DNA of 59,488 bases, from IMG/VR virus record IMGVR_UViG_3300047320_000091. One strand, 5' to 3'. Origin of the DNA: an uncultured virus (IMG/VR IMGVR_UViG_3300047320_000091). Taxonomy: Duplodnaviria > Heunggongvirae > Uroviricota > Caudoviricetes. Shown here one piece after another: positions 27,397 through 36,606 of this stretch; the first letter of the stretch is position 1; each line of letters begins with the position of its first letter. A program made the translations under genes and the position numbers. The notes under the pieces were generated by a model. The model was not told where the DNA came from and made no database searches. It worked only from the letters and a program-made list of their open reading frames with translations.

Positions 27397-28111
27397 ACTG
27401 GCTCGATCCCTTGACAAAATCCCCCATTTGTGGTTGGAAAAGGCATACGATGCGCAACGTTTGCAAGTCGAACTTGATGCCATCGATCCGGCACTTTTCG
27501 TGCCCTTCCGTTCCAAAAGCCGAAACGCCGACCACATCGCCAAGTTCTGGCGGGGGCTTTCGCTTGTCGCACAGAACGGGTCCATCCATGACGACCTGAC
27601 CGAGGTTCCATACGAAGGCCGCACAGGCTACGTGTGGACGCCGGTCGCCGACAGCAGCCCGTACATCAAGCAGGTCGTGACCGAGCTTGGTGGCGAGGGG
27701 CAGCGCGCCCGGCTCATGTGCGTCAAGGCAGGCGGCAGTCTGACCTGGCACCGCCACGGATCAGAGCTTTCGATGATCATGGGTGCCGGCGGCCGGCGGC
27801 CGAACTGGTACGAGCTGATCGTCCACGTCCCTATCCGCACCAATCTGGACTTCAGCTACGAGGTCATCGACACTCAGGTCTATGAGCTGGCGGACTACTC
27901 GGCCGGTAAGCTGGAGATCCACCGCAAGAACTACCCGCAGGCGCAGGCCTGGGCGTTCAACGGTGCCCACTACCACAACGTCTTCAACCGCTCCGAGACC
28001 GAAGACCGCTACGCCATCATGCTGACGCTCGACATCAGGATGAGGAAGACGTTCGACATCGTGTCGAAGGCGGTCGAGAGCTACGAGGGGCCACTCCTGA
28101 CAGGGCTCTGA
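27380..28111 (+). CDS. Asp/Asn beta-hydroxylase-like Fe(II)/2OG oxygenase
   Basis: RARLM....GG.L.WHRH; HVPIRTN; AW.FN....H.VFN.S..DR..IM. Confidence 0.8.
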   Translation: MSKFAELARSLDKIPHLWLEKAYDAQRLQVELDAIDPALFVPFRSKSRNADHIAKFWRGLSLVAQNGSIHDDLTEVPYEGRTGYVWTPVADSSPYIKQVVTELGGEGQRARLMCVKAGGSLTWHRHGSELSMIMGAGGRRPNWYELIVHVPIRTNLDFSYEVIDTQVYELADYSAGKLEIHRKNYPQAQAWAFNGAHYHNVFNRSETEDRYAIMLTLDIRMRKTFDIVSKAVESYEGPLLTGL

Positions 28112-28113
28112 CC

Positions 28114-28536
28114 ATGCAAACCATTCTCTCCGCGAGCCCTCCTCAGGTGCTCATGGATGACTTTCACGCTGCCACGAACGAAGATTGGGTTCGCGACTGG
28201 CAGCTGATCAACGACGGCGAGACCATCCCCCTCGACCAAAGCTGGAAGCTGTACATGCAGCTCCAGAAGAAATCGACCGGCGACCTCTCTGTAACGTGCT
28301 CCACCGATAACGGTCGCCTCGCGGTCGTCGATCGGCAAGCCGGCAAATTTGGCCTCAGGTTGAAGCAAGCGGACGCCGCCCAGATCCCGCCCGGGTCCTA
28401 TTCGTATGACATCGTCCTCGTTGCTGGCGATGGCATCTACCGCCTGGTCTCAGGCACCATCACCGTCGAGCAGGGGGTCACCAATATCCCCGGCCAGGAG
28501 AAGTGGACCCACTATCCGCTGATCCTTCGACCGTAA
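28114..28536 (+). CDS. BppU-like baseplate/fibre adaptor
   Basis: G.Y.YDI.L......RLV.G.ITV..GVT motif. Confidence 0.65.
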   Translation: MQTILSASPPQVLMDDFHAATNEDWVRDWQLINDGETIPLDQSWKLYMQLQKKSTGDLSVTCSTDNGRLAVVDRQAGKFGLRLKQADAAQIPPGSYSYDIVLVAGDGIYRLVSGTITVEQGVTNIPGQEKWTHYPLILRP

Positions 28537-28558
28537 CATCGCCACAACCAACCCCCTC

Positions 28559-28584
28559 AGCCGCCCCTCCCGGGCGGCTTTTTT
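28559..28584 (+). terminator. Rho-independent terminator closing the fibre/modification operon
   Basis: AGCCGCCC/GGGCGGCT stem + T run. Confidence 0.75.
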
Positions 28585-28599
28585 CGTTTGGGAGAACCC

Positions 28600-30036
28600 A
28601 TGACTGTTCAATACCTCCACGGTCTCGAAACGATCGAACTGGACAGCCCGTCCGGCCCGGTTGAGACCGTCAAGTCCAACGTGATCGGCCTCGTCGGCAC
28701 GGCGCCGGACGCTGACCCCGATCTCTTCCCGCTCAACACTCCGGTGCCGGTCTTCGCCGACGCACTGAAGGCGGGTCAGCTCAAGTCCACCGGTACGCTG
28801 CTCGACGCGGTCGACGCCATCTACAGCCAGAAGTCGGCTGTCATCGTCGTGGTTCGTGTCGCCGAGGGCGAGAGCCAGGAAGAGAGCTGGTCGGCTGCGG
28901 TCGGCTCGCCGTCCGGCAAGACCGGCGTCTGGTCGCTGCTCAAGGCGCGTCCGATGCTCCGCGTCGTTCCGAAGCTGCTCATCGCCCCCGGTCTGACCGG
29001 AGGTCGCCCGACCAACGGCGTCAAGAACCTCGTTCTCGGCAGCCAGGGCACCGGCTACGTGCAGGCCACGACCAACGTCGCGATCTCCGCTCCCGCGACC
29101 GGCGGACGCCAGGCCACGGCAGTTGCCTCCGTCATCGGCGGCAAGGTGAGCGCGCTCATCATCACCGACCCCGGCTACGGCTACGACGCAGTCCCGACCG
29201 TGACCATCACGGGCGCGGGCACGGGCGCTGCGGCCACCGTCACCCTCGGCCACGTCGCCAATCCGGTCGGCGTGTCGTTCGCCTCGATCGTCGATCGCCT
29301 CCGCGCGGTCGCCTTCCTCGACGGCCCCGGCACCTCGTACGAAGACGCGGTCGAGTACCGCGGCGACTACGGCAGCCAGCGCATCTCGATCGTCGACCCC
29401 GGCGTTCTGAGCTGGGACACCGAGAACTCCGTCTACGTGAACAAGCCGGCCTCCGCCTACGCGGCGGGCATCCAGGCGCGCGTCGATGAGGAGAAGGGCT
29501 TCTGGTACTCGTTCTCGAACGAGCTGATCCAGAACATCGGCGGCCCCGCCCGTCCGGTCGACTTCATGCCGAACGACCGCGACTGCGAAGCGAACATGCT
29601 CAACGCCTCCCAGGTGACGACCATCATCCACGATGATGGTTTCCGCTTCTGGGGTGTGCGCGGCACCGGCACCGACCCGCTCTGGGCGCACCTCTCGGTT
29701 CGCCGCACCGCGGACATGGTGTACGAGAGCCTGGAGCGCGCCGAGCGCAGCCGAATGGACAAGCCGTTCAGCTACCAGCTGCTCGCCGACATCCAGGGAG
29801 ACGTCAACTCCTACCTCCGTCTGCTCCGCTCCCGCGGCGCGCTGATCGGCGGCAAGTGTTGGATCGACCCGAACATCAACACCCCGGCGACCTTCTCCGC
29901 GGGTGAGCTGTCGGTCGACTTCGACCTCGAACCCCCGGCGCTCCTGGAGCACCTGCAGTTCCGCGCTCGCCGCAACCCGCAGTACTACGTGGACTTCATC
30001 GAGGAGTTCTCGCGGGCGATCGCGAGCAACGGCTAA
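28600..30036 (+). CDS. Contractile tail sheath protein (P2 FI-like)
   Basis: YLHG.E.IE; VIGLVGTAP.AD...FPLNTPV; GFRFWG.R. Confidence 0.95.
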   Translation: MTVQYLHGLETIELDSPSGPVETVKSNVIGLVGTAPDADPDLFPLNTPVPVFADALKAGQLKSTGTLLDAVDAIYSQKSAVIVVVRVAEGESQEESWSAAVGSPSGKTGVWSLLKARPMLRVVPKLLIAPGLTGGRPTNGVKNLVLGSQGTGYVQATTNVAISAPATGGRQATAVASVIGGKVSALIITDPGYGYDAVPTVTITGAGTGAAATVTLGHVANPVGVSFASIVDRLRAVAFLDGPGTSYEDAVEYRGDYGSQRISIVDPGVLSWDTENSVYVNKPASAYAAGIQARVDEEKGFWYSFSNELIQNIGGPARPVDFMPNDRDCEANMLNASQVTTIIHDDGFRFWGVRGTGTDPLWAHLSVRRTADMVYESLERAERSRMDKPFSYQLLADIQGDVNSYLRLLRSRGALIGGKCWIDPNINTPATFSAGELSVDFDLEPPALLEHLQFRARRNPQYYVDFIEEFSRAIASNG

Positions 30037-30128
30037 GGCCGGACGCTCACCCTCACCAACAACAATGAGCCTACCAAGCCGCTCGGTCCTTCGTGACCGG
30101 GCGCGCTTCGGCATGGCCGGAGAACTAA

Positions 30129-30653
30129 ATGAGCAACCTTCGCGACTCCAACATTCTGCAAGACTTCACCGTCTGGATCGACGGTGTCGGCAAGATCGGC
30201 GAAGCGCCGAACTTCCAGCCGCCCGAGATCAACATGTCCATCGAAGAGTTCCGCGGTGGCGGCATGGACGGCACGGTCGAAATCCCCTTCGGCATCGAGA
30301 AGATCGAGTTCGATTTCACGCTTCATACGTGGGACGAGCAGATCTGGACGAAGCTCGGCTACGGCCCGGGTTCGCTCGACGTGCCGATCACGTTCCGTGG
30401 CTACCTGCTCTCCCCGGGCGGCGGCGAGAAGGGCGTGATGATCACCACGTTCTGTCTGGTGAAGGCGATCAAGACCTCCAAGGCGGAAGCCGGCAAGAAG
30501 GTCGAGATGACGATCAACGTCGTCGCCAACTACTACCAGCACGTTGTCGAGGGCAACACCGTTGCCGAAATCGACGTGTTCAACAAGGTCACCATGATCG
30601 GTGGCGTTGATAAGAGCGCCAGCGCTCGCCGGATCCTCGGCTTCACCTACTAA
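30129..30653 (+). CDS. Tail tube protein (P2 FII-like)
   Basis: EEFRGGGMDG; YY....G....EID..N...IGGVD. Confidence 0.93.
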   Translation: MSNLRDSNILQDFTVWIDGVGKIGEAPNFQPPEINMSIEEFRGGGMDGTVEIPFGIEKIEFDFTLHTWDEQIWTKLGYGPGSLDVPITFRGYLLSPGGGEKGVMITTFCLVKAIKTSKAEAGKKVEMTINVVANYYQHVVEGNTVAEIDVFNKVTMIGGVDKSASARRILGFTY

Positions 30654-30676
30654 GGTCAGCCAGGCTCCCAACTACG

Positions 30677-30712
30677 AGGCCCCGTCAACCCGGCGGGGCC
30701 TTTTTCTTTTTT
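30677..30712 (+). terminator. Rho-independent terminator
   Basis: AGGCCCCGTC/GGCGGGGCCT stem + T run. Confidence 0.7.
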
Positions 30713-30732
30713 CGAAATAGGTGTGCAAACCA

Positions 30733-31008
30733 ATGACGACCGAAATCAAGACCGAAATCTTCACGCTCTCCCAGCCCTTCGAGTACCGCGGCGCGACGTA
30801 CTCCGAGATGAAGGCTCGCCGCCCCAAGGTGCGCGACCTCCGCAACTTCATCAAGGGCATGGAGAAGGACGCCATCGCCGCGATGGAGAAGGTTCTGTCC
30901 GACCTGTGCGAGGTCGACGAGAAGGTGATCTCCGAGATGGACATCGAAGACTTCGCGCCCATGAAGAAGTGGTTCGAAGATTTTTTGAAGCCCATGGCGA
31001 GCGAGTAA
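30733..31008 (+). CDS. Tail assembly chaperone (P2 E-like)
   Basis: L..P......RRPKVRD...MD..DF motif; precedes the tape measure. Confidence 0.88.
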   Translation: MTTEIKTEIFTLSQPFEYRGATYSEMKARRPKVRDLRNFIKGMEKDAIAAMEKVLSDLCEVDEKVISEMDIEDFAPMKKWFEDFLKPMASE

Positions 31009-31172
31009 GCAACATCATCGTCGATGCATTCCCGATCTTCGAGCGTTTCGGATGGACGCTCGAAGACGTGGATCGCATGGACTTCGATGACTTCATGCTC
31101 GTCGCTGACGGCGTCCAAGCACTGAACACACGAGACGCTGAAGCGCTCAAGAATGCCCAGGGCGGGAGATAG
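30981..31172 (+). CDS. -1 frameshift extension of the tail chaperone (E+E' type)
   Basis: Slippery TTTTTTG at 30981-30987; -1 frame open to 31172 encoding FGWTLEDVDRMDFDDF. Confidence 0.8.
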   Translation, partial: FFEAHGERVSNIIVDAFPIFERFGWTLEDVDRMDFDDFMLVADGVQALNTRDAEALKNAQGGR

Positions 31173-31185
31173 CCCTGGGTCTTTT
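31155..31185 (+). terminator. Possible terminator hairpin
   Basis: CCCAGGGC/GCCCTGGG stem + TCTTTT. Confidence 0.5.
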
Positions 31186-31209
31186 CATTTGGATCTCTAG
31201 GGAGCTGGG

Positions 31210-34200
31210 ATGTCTGACGAACACTTGAAGGTCATAGCCGAGCTGGAGCTTCGCGCCAGCGGTTCGGCGACCATCGCAGCTCTGCAAGCAAAGATTAAGG
31301 CGCTCAAGGACCAGATCAACAAGTCCTTCGCGCCCAACGCGATCCAGGACAGGATCATCTCCCCCAAGATCATGAAGGATCTTCAGGGGACCGGTAAGGC
31401 CATCAACGGCCTGACCAAGAAATACACCGACATGGCGAAAGAGGCCCGTGAACTGGGCCAGATGAACGCCCGTGTCTGGGACGGCATGCGCCGTGACATC
31501 GAAAAGACCCAGAAGCTGTGGCGAAAGTCCAGCGGCGAAGACAAGCGGCGGTACGCCGACGACCTGAAGGAAAAGGTCAAGTACGCGCAGGCCTATCGCT
31601 CGATCTACAACAGGGAGCATCAGGCCTATCTTCGCTCCGTAGCGGCCAGGGACAAGGCTGAGAGCGCTCTGACGCTCGCCAGATTCCGGCAGCAGGAGAG
31701 GCTGGATCGTCAGGCCCGCGCATCAGCGCTGCGGTCGCGAGCGGCCTTCACCCGTTCTCTGCAGAACGTTGCCGGCTCGGTGCGAAGCGGAGGCTATCAG
31801 GCCGCGCTCGTGGGCGGCGCCCTCGCGTACGGCGGCGGCCGGGCGGTCTCGTCCTCGATCCGGTCGGCAACCGACATGGACCGTGCTGAGGCGAACGCTC
31901 GCATCAACATGGACGAGAAGCAGATCGCGGGCGGCTTCGGCGGCTTGCGGAGCCGCATCCTTCCGAAGGCCGTTCAGCTGGGTCAAGACCCGGCTCGCTA
32001 CATGCAGACCGTCGTCGAAGCTGCCAAGGCCGGCGTTCCGGAAAGCATGGCCGAAGCCACTGGTGAGATGGTCACCATGCTCGCCAAGACGTTTGGCGTC
32101 GAGGTCGATCAGGCCATGGACGGCATGGGCTACGCCATCGCGCAGGAGCACGGTGCAGGGCGACTGAAGGATATGACCGGCGTCCGCCGGCTCGGCAACA
32201 TCGCCGCCTTCCTCTCGGCCAAGACCGCCGCGCGTCCCGATCAGATGTTCTCGTTCCTCCGCACCGGTATGGGTTCTGGTGCGATGCTGGGTATGAACCA
32301 GCAGTCGACTCTGGCCTTCGGCGCGTCGGCCATCCAGGCCGGTGCTCAGGGTCAGCAGGCAGCCCGATTCCTTGGCAGCCTCGGTACCAATCTGGCCGAG
32401 CTGACGATGGAAGCGGACAAGATCACCAAGAAGCATCACCGCTCCAAGGAAGACAACCTCTTCATGGGCCTGCCCGGTCAGCTGGGCTATGGCTCGTATC
32501 AGGACATCGAAGCGCGGATCAAGAAGAACCCGAACACGGCAATCTTCGACCTGATCAAGTCGTTCGGCAAGATCAAGGAGCCGCTCGACCGCAAGAAGGC
32601 GATGTCGCAGATCTTCGGCGAGGACTTCTCGCGCTTCCTGGCGAACATGATCGCGTCGCCTGACATGTTGAAGCGCACGCAGGAGCTGGCAGAGGAAGCC
32701 GCAAACCAGAAGGAAGGCAACGACTTCATCAGCGAGGCTTGGAGCGAATACGCCAAGAGCCTTGAGTTCCTGATGGATCGCATCAGCGCCGTGTGGAAGG
32801 TCGTCAAGACCGAACTCGGCGACACGATGAAGCCGTTCGTGGAGCAGCTCAGCCAGTACGTCACTGACTGGTACAACGCTGTCAAGACTGGCGGACTCAA
32901 GGAGAAGTTCAAGGCCATCCTGGATGGTCTCACCGAGGGCTTCCTCGGCAAGAAGGGCACGTTCCGTGACCTGCTTGAGAACATCTTCGGCAAGCCCGGT
33001 GAGGGCAGCGCAGGAAACACCGACAACTACTTCAAGTTCGCTCGCGGCTTCGCGGCCGGTCTGCGAGAGGTTGCCTCCACGATCGGCGACATCTTCACGA
33101 CCCTGTCGAAGTACTTCGGCGGCGGCTCGGATGCGGAAGCACTCGGAAAGTTCACCGCCAAGATCGTCGCCCTGGTGGCTGCGCTCACGGCACTGTCTCC
33201 GGTTATCTCGGTCTTCTCGACCTTGGTTACCCTCGTGGCAGGCCTGGCTGCGATCCTCGGAGGTCCCGCGACCATGGCTCTCGCAGCCACGGCCATGAAC
33301 GACGTCGGAACGTCTGACACCTCTCGCAAGATGAGGAAGCCGGACGGCACAATGGAAACGACCAGCGAGTGGCGCGCTCGCCAGAGCACAGCCAAGAACA
33401 AGCTGTACCACAAGCAGTCCGGCTCGGGCTTCAACCCCTCAGACGTTCACCCGATGAACTATCTGGGCGAGAAGCTCGACAAGTTCGGCGGAAAGATCGA
33501 ACGGGCCAGCCTCATGAGCACTGACATCAGTGCCATGCGGCGCGGCGGGCTCAGCAACGCCTACGCAGGCGCCGGCTCATCCGGTGGCGGCGGAAGCGCT
33601 GGCGGCGGCATGGGTCGACTCCTCAGTGGAGTCGGCACTCCCGATGCTCTGATCAACGGCGCCACGCCTGGCGGCCTGCTCCCCAACTTCGGCGTTGGTT
33701 CTGGCGGCATCATCAGGCGCGGCGGCAAGGTCGGCATGGGATACAGCAGCCCCGACGTTGGGACCAGCGTTCCGTCTGGCGGGCCTGCCGACATGAGTGT
33801 CGGCGAGGGTCTCAGCGGCAACGCCTTCCTTCAGGCTCGTCGTGGTAAATTCGCGGAGGAGCTGCAGAACGATCCGAACCTTCGCCTGCATCTCGCGGCC
33901 ATGCAAATGACCGAGGGTGCGAGCCGTGGCGGAACGATCGAAAGCCTCATGAACCGCTCGGATATGCAAGGCAAGTCGATGCGATCGATGCTCGGCTACT
34001 CGGCTGATGGCAGGATCAATCCGAAGAGCTTCTACGGTCCCATCCGTCGAGGCGAACTTGGACCTGCGATCGAGCAGCTGAAGCGCGACCCGAAGCTCTT
34101 TGCGAAGTACGACGCCTACACGCAGCGTGCTCTCGCGGGAAGCCATGTCATTGGTGGTTACACCGACCAAGGTCTGCCGACCGATCCCAACGGATCGGCG

Positions 34201-34578
34201 CGCACCGGCATCCCGGGGCTCCGGCTCCGCGACCCGAAGACCGGAAAGATCGACGGCAACGAGTTCACCGACTGGGCAGGCGCAGGCCGTCAGAAGGCGA
34301 TCAACTTCCGTAAGTTCCTGGAGAACGGTATCGCCGGCAGCGGAGACTCGCCGGTCAACAAGGTTCCGTCGCCGGCCGAGTCGATCAGGAACGTTCCTGC
34401 TGCTCCCATGTCTGGCGTCCCGATGAAGGGTGACTTTGGTGGCGGCGGTCGCGGCTCTGTCGCGATCCACATCAATGGCAACAGCCACGATCCGGAAGCT
34501 CTGGCCAACCTGGTCCAGCGCCGCGTCGACGAGGGAATGAACTGGCGCGCTCACGACAGCGAGTCCGAATACACCTAA
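31210..34578 (+). CDS. Tape measure protein with possible C-terminal cell-wall hydrolase domain
   Basis: 1122 aa, helical and Ala/Gly-rich, after the chaperones; globular region with TE....IESLMNR near the C-terminus. Confidence 0.9.
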   Translation: MSDEHLKVIAELELRASGSATIAALQAKIKALKDQINKSFAPNAIQDRIISPKIMKDLQGTGKAINGLTKKYTDMAKEARELGQMNARVWDGMRRDIEKTQKLWRKSSGEDKRRYADDLKEKVKYAQAYRSIYNREHQAYLRSVAARDKAESALTLARFRQQERLDRQARASALRSRAAFTRSLQNVAGSVRSGGYQAALVGGALAYGGGRAVSSSIRSATDMDRAEANARINMDEKQIAGGFGGLRSRILPKAVQLGQDPARYMQTVVEAAKAGVPESMAEATGEMVTMLAKTFGVEVDQAMDGMGYAIAQEHGAGRLKDMTGVRRLGNIAAFLSAKTAARPDQMFSFLRTGMGSGAMLGMNQQSTLAFGASAIQAGAQGQQAARFLGSLGTNLAELTMEADKITKKHHRSKEDNLFMGLPGQLGYGSYQDIEARIKKNPNTAIFDLIKSFGKIKEPLDRKKAMSQIFGEDFSRFLANMIASPDMLKRTQELAEEAANQKEGNDFISEAWSEYAKSLEFLMDRISAVWKVVKTELGDTMKPFVEQLSQYVTDWYNAVKTGGLKEKFKAILDGLTEGFLGKKGTFRDLLENIFGKPGEGSAGNTDNYFKFARGFAAGLREVASTIGDIFTTLSKYFGGGSDAEALGKFTAKIVALVAALTALSPVISVFSTLVTLVAGLAAILGGPATMALAATAMNDVGTSDTSRKMRKPDGTMETTSEWRARQSTAKNKLYHKQSGSGFNPSDVHPMNYLGEKLDKFGGKIERASLMSTDISAMRRGGLSNAYAGAGSSGGGGSAGGGMGRLLSGVGTPDALINGATPGGLLPNFGVGSGGIIRRGGKVGMGYSSPDVGTSVPSGGPADMSVGEGLSGNAFLQARRGKFAEELQNDPNLRLHLAAMQMTEGASRGGTIESLMNRSDMQGKSMRSMLGYSADGRINPKSFYGPIRRGELGPAIEQLKRDPKLFAKYDAYTQRALAGSHVIGGYTDQGLPTDPNGSARTGIPGLRLRDPKTGKIDGNEFTDWAGAGRQKAINFRKFLENGIAGSGDSPVNKVPSPAESIRNVPAAPMSGVPMKGDFGGGGRGSVAIHINGNSHDPEALANLVQRRVDEGMNWRAHDSESEYT

Positions 34579-34632
34579 GAAACAGCTCGGCCCTACGGGG
34601 CCGGGCTCTCCTTCAACAACTGAGAGGCACCC

Positions 34633-35184
34633 ATGGCATTCATGCTGCTGGGGCTTGCCCCGGTCCTGAACAAAGGGGAGACGCCTGCCAAGGACGGCAG
34701 CGACATGATCCTCTTCTACGTTCCTCTTCCGAACCACGAGACCCCGAACTTCGAGACGATCCAACGCGACCACCAGTTCACCTGGGTGTCGAACGATCGT
34801 CTCTCGCGCGATCCCGCGATGCAGTTCGTCGGACCTGGCGAAGAGAACGTCTCGATCGACGGCAAGATGTACCCCTATCACTTCGGCGGTCTCGACACGA
34901 TTGCGCGTCTGCGCGCGGCCGGCAAACGAGGCAAGCCGATGCAGATGGTGCGGTTCTATCCCCTGCAAAATCCTGCCGGATACGCGGCCGAGTTCGTCGG
35001 AAACTACGCGCTCAAGCGCGTGCGCACCGTCGAGCAGAAGATCGGCGCGATCGGCATCGCCCACAAGATCGACTTCACCGTTGAGCTGACGAAGTACGGG
35101 GATGACCTGTACACGGGCGGCGTGGTGATCCCTGAAGACTCGACGCCCAGGGTCGTCGACAACTCGAAGCTCGGTGAGGCCTGA
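34633..35184 (+). CDS. Tail protein U (P2 gpU-like)
   Basis: W...DR....PA.QF.GPG.E.V.I.G..YP. Confidence 0.88.
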   Translation: MAFMLLGLAPVLNKGETPAKDGSDMILFYVPLPNHETPNFETIQRDHQFTWVSNDRLSRDPAMQFVGPGEENVSIDGKMYPYHFGGLDTIARLRAAGKRGKPMQMVRFYPLQNPAGYAAEFVGNYALKRVRTVEQKIGAIGIAHKIDFTVELTKYGDDLYTGGVVIPEDSTPRVVDNSKLGEA

Positions 35185-35405
35185 TGTCCACCTATGTCAC
35201 CAAGCTTTTCGATCGGCTCGATCGCATCTGCTACTCGCGGTACGGCAACTCGTCGAACCAGATCGTGGAGTGGGTGATCGAGCAGAACCCAGGCATCGAG
35301 CTCTACGGCATCGTGCTGCCGTTGGGCATCACCATCAACCTTCCAGACGCTCCGAAGAAGCTCGACGCACCTCCGGTGCTCAAGCAGGTCTTCCTCTGGA
35401 AATAA
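35184..35405 (+). CDS. Tail protein X (LysM-like)
   Basis: D.LD.IC...YG...NPG....LP.G..I.LP...LW. Confidence 0.88.
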   Translation: MSTYVTKLFDRLDRICYSRYGNSSNQIVEWVIEQNPGIELYGIVLPLGITINLPDAPKKLDAPPVLKQVFLWK

Positions 35406-35435
35406 CTCTCTCCTGACGAGCATGTCTCGCCAGAC

Positions 35436-35466
35436 AGGTCGCCCTTCGGGGCGGCCTTTTTCTTTT
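35436..35466 (+). terminator. Rho-independent terminator
   Basis: AGGTCGCCC-TTCG-GGGCGGCCT + T run. Confidence 0.75.
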
Positions 35467-35479
35467 GTGCGGAGTGAAT

Positions 35480-36592
35480 ATGGCCACCGGCTACACGCCG
35501 ATTTATCGGATCATGAAGGGCGGCATCGATATCACGGGCAACTTCAACGACCGATGCACCCAAATCAAAGTTGAGCTGATCGCTGGCGGCGGCGAAGGCG
35601 ACAACTGCACCATCACCTTGGACGACCGTGACTGGGCAATTCAGGCGGTCGATCCTGGTGATCAGATCGGGCTTTATCTCGGCTACAAAGAGATCGGTCT
35701 CGCCTATCTCGGCACCTACAATCTCATCGACGTCACCTGGAAGGGTAAGCCCCGCAGCGTCCAGCTGACCGGCACGTCGACCAAGTTCGCCGATCTCAAC
35801 AAGACGCCGACCACGACCGAATACATCAACATGACGGTCGGAGACATCCTCAAGAGCATGGGCAAGGACACCGACGTCCTGACCGCCATCTCCGGCAACC
35901 TGGCCAATCAGGAAGTCACCACCAAAAACCAGATCACCAGCAACTACCACTTGATCCACGAGCTGGAGCGCCGCTACGGCGCCGTCGCGAAGGTCGTGGA
36001 CGGAAAGCTGATGTTCGTTCCGCGGGACTCGCTGCAGAGCGCCAACGGAACGGACATCCCAACGCTGGTCTTGAAACCGGAGCACTTCGGCGACTGGTCG
36101 GTTCGCTACTCACAGCGCAACGACTACAGCGGCGTGAAGGCGTTCTGGTGGGATGAGCACGACAAGGTCCGCAAATGGGTCCAGTCTGGCGTCCAGGCGT
36201 TTGGCAGCGGATCAGGCGGCGAGTTTCCGATCGGCGATTGGTTCAAGTCTGCCGGCGAAGCGCAAGCGGCGGCCGACTCCAAGATGCAGGCCTTCAACCG
36301 AGCCTCGGTCGAGGCGACGTTCGATCTTGCGAAGGGCGATCCGTGGATCCGCGACACTCAGGCCATCGCGGTCGAAGGAATGCGGGACCGTATCAACGGC
36401 TCGTACATCGTGAACCGCGCGATCCACACGTACATCAAGAGCACCGGTATCCGCACCACGCTGGAATGCCGAGCGCCTGGCAACGGCGTCGATGTCAGCG
36501 ACCGCGCTGACGACCTGCTGCTGTCACCTCTCCCGGGAGAACCCATGGGCACCGTGCTGCCAGAGAAGTGGAACTTCCCGGACGACCTCTAA
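35480..36592 (+). CDS. Baseplate hub / late control D-like protein
   Basis: TP.YRI...G.DIT; D...ITLDD; LGY; YGA..KV.DG.L. Confidence 0.88.
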   Translation: MATGYTPIYRIMKGGIDITGNFNDRCTQIKVELIAGGGEGDNCTITLDDRDWAIQAVDPGDQIGLYLGYKEIGLAYLGTYNLIDVTWKGKPRSVQLTGTSTKFADLNKTPTTTEYINMTVGDILKSMGKDTDVLTAISGNLANQEVTTKNQITSNYHLIHELERRYGAVAKVVDGKLMFVPRDSLQSANGTDIPTLVLKPEHFGDWSVRYSQRNDYSGVKAFWWDEHDKVRKWVQSGVQAFGSGSGGEFPIGDWFKSAGEAQAAADSKMQAFNRASVEATFDLAKGDPWIRDTQAIAVEGMRDRINGSYIVNRAIHTYIKSTGIRTTLECRAPGNGVDVSDRADDLLLSPLPGEPMGTVLPEKWNFPDDL

Positions 36593-36606
36593 CGAAAGAC
36601 CCCACC

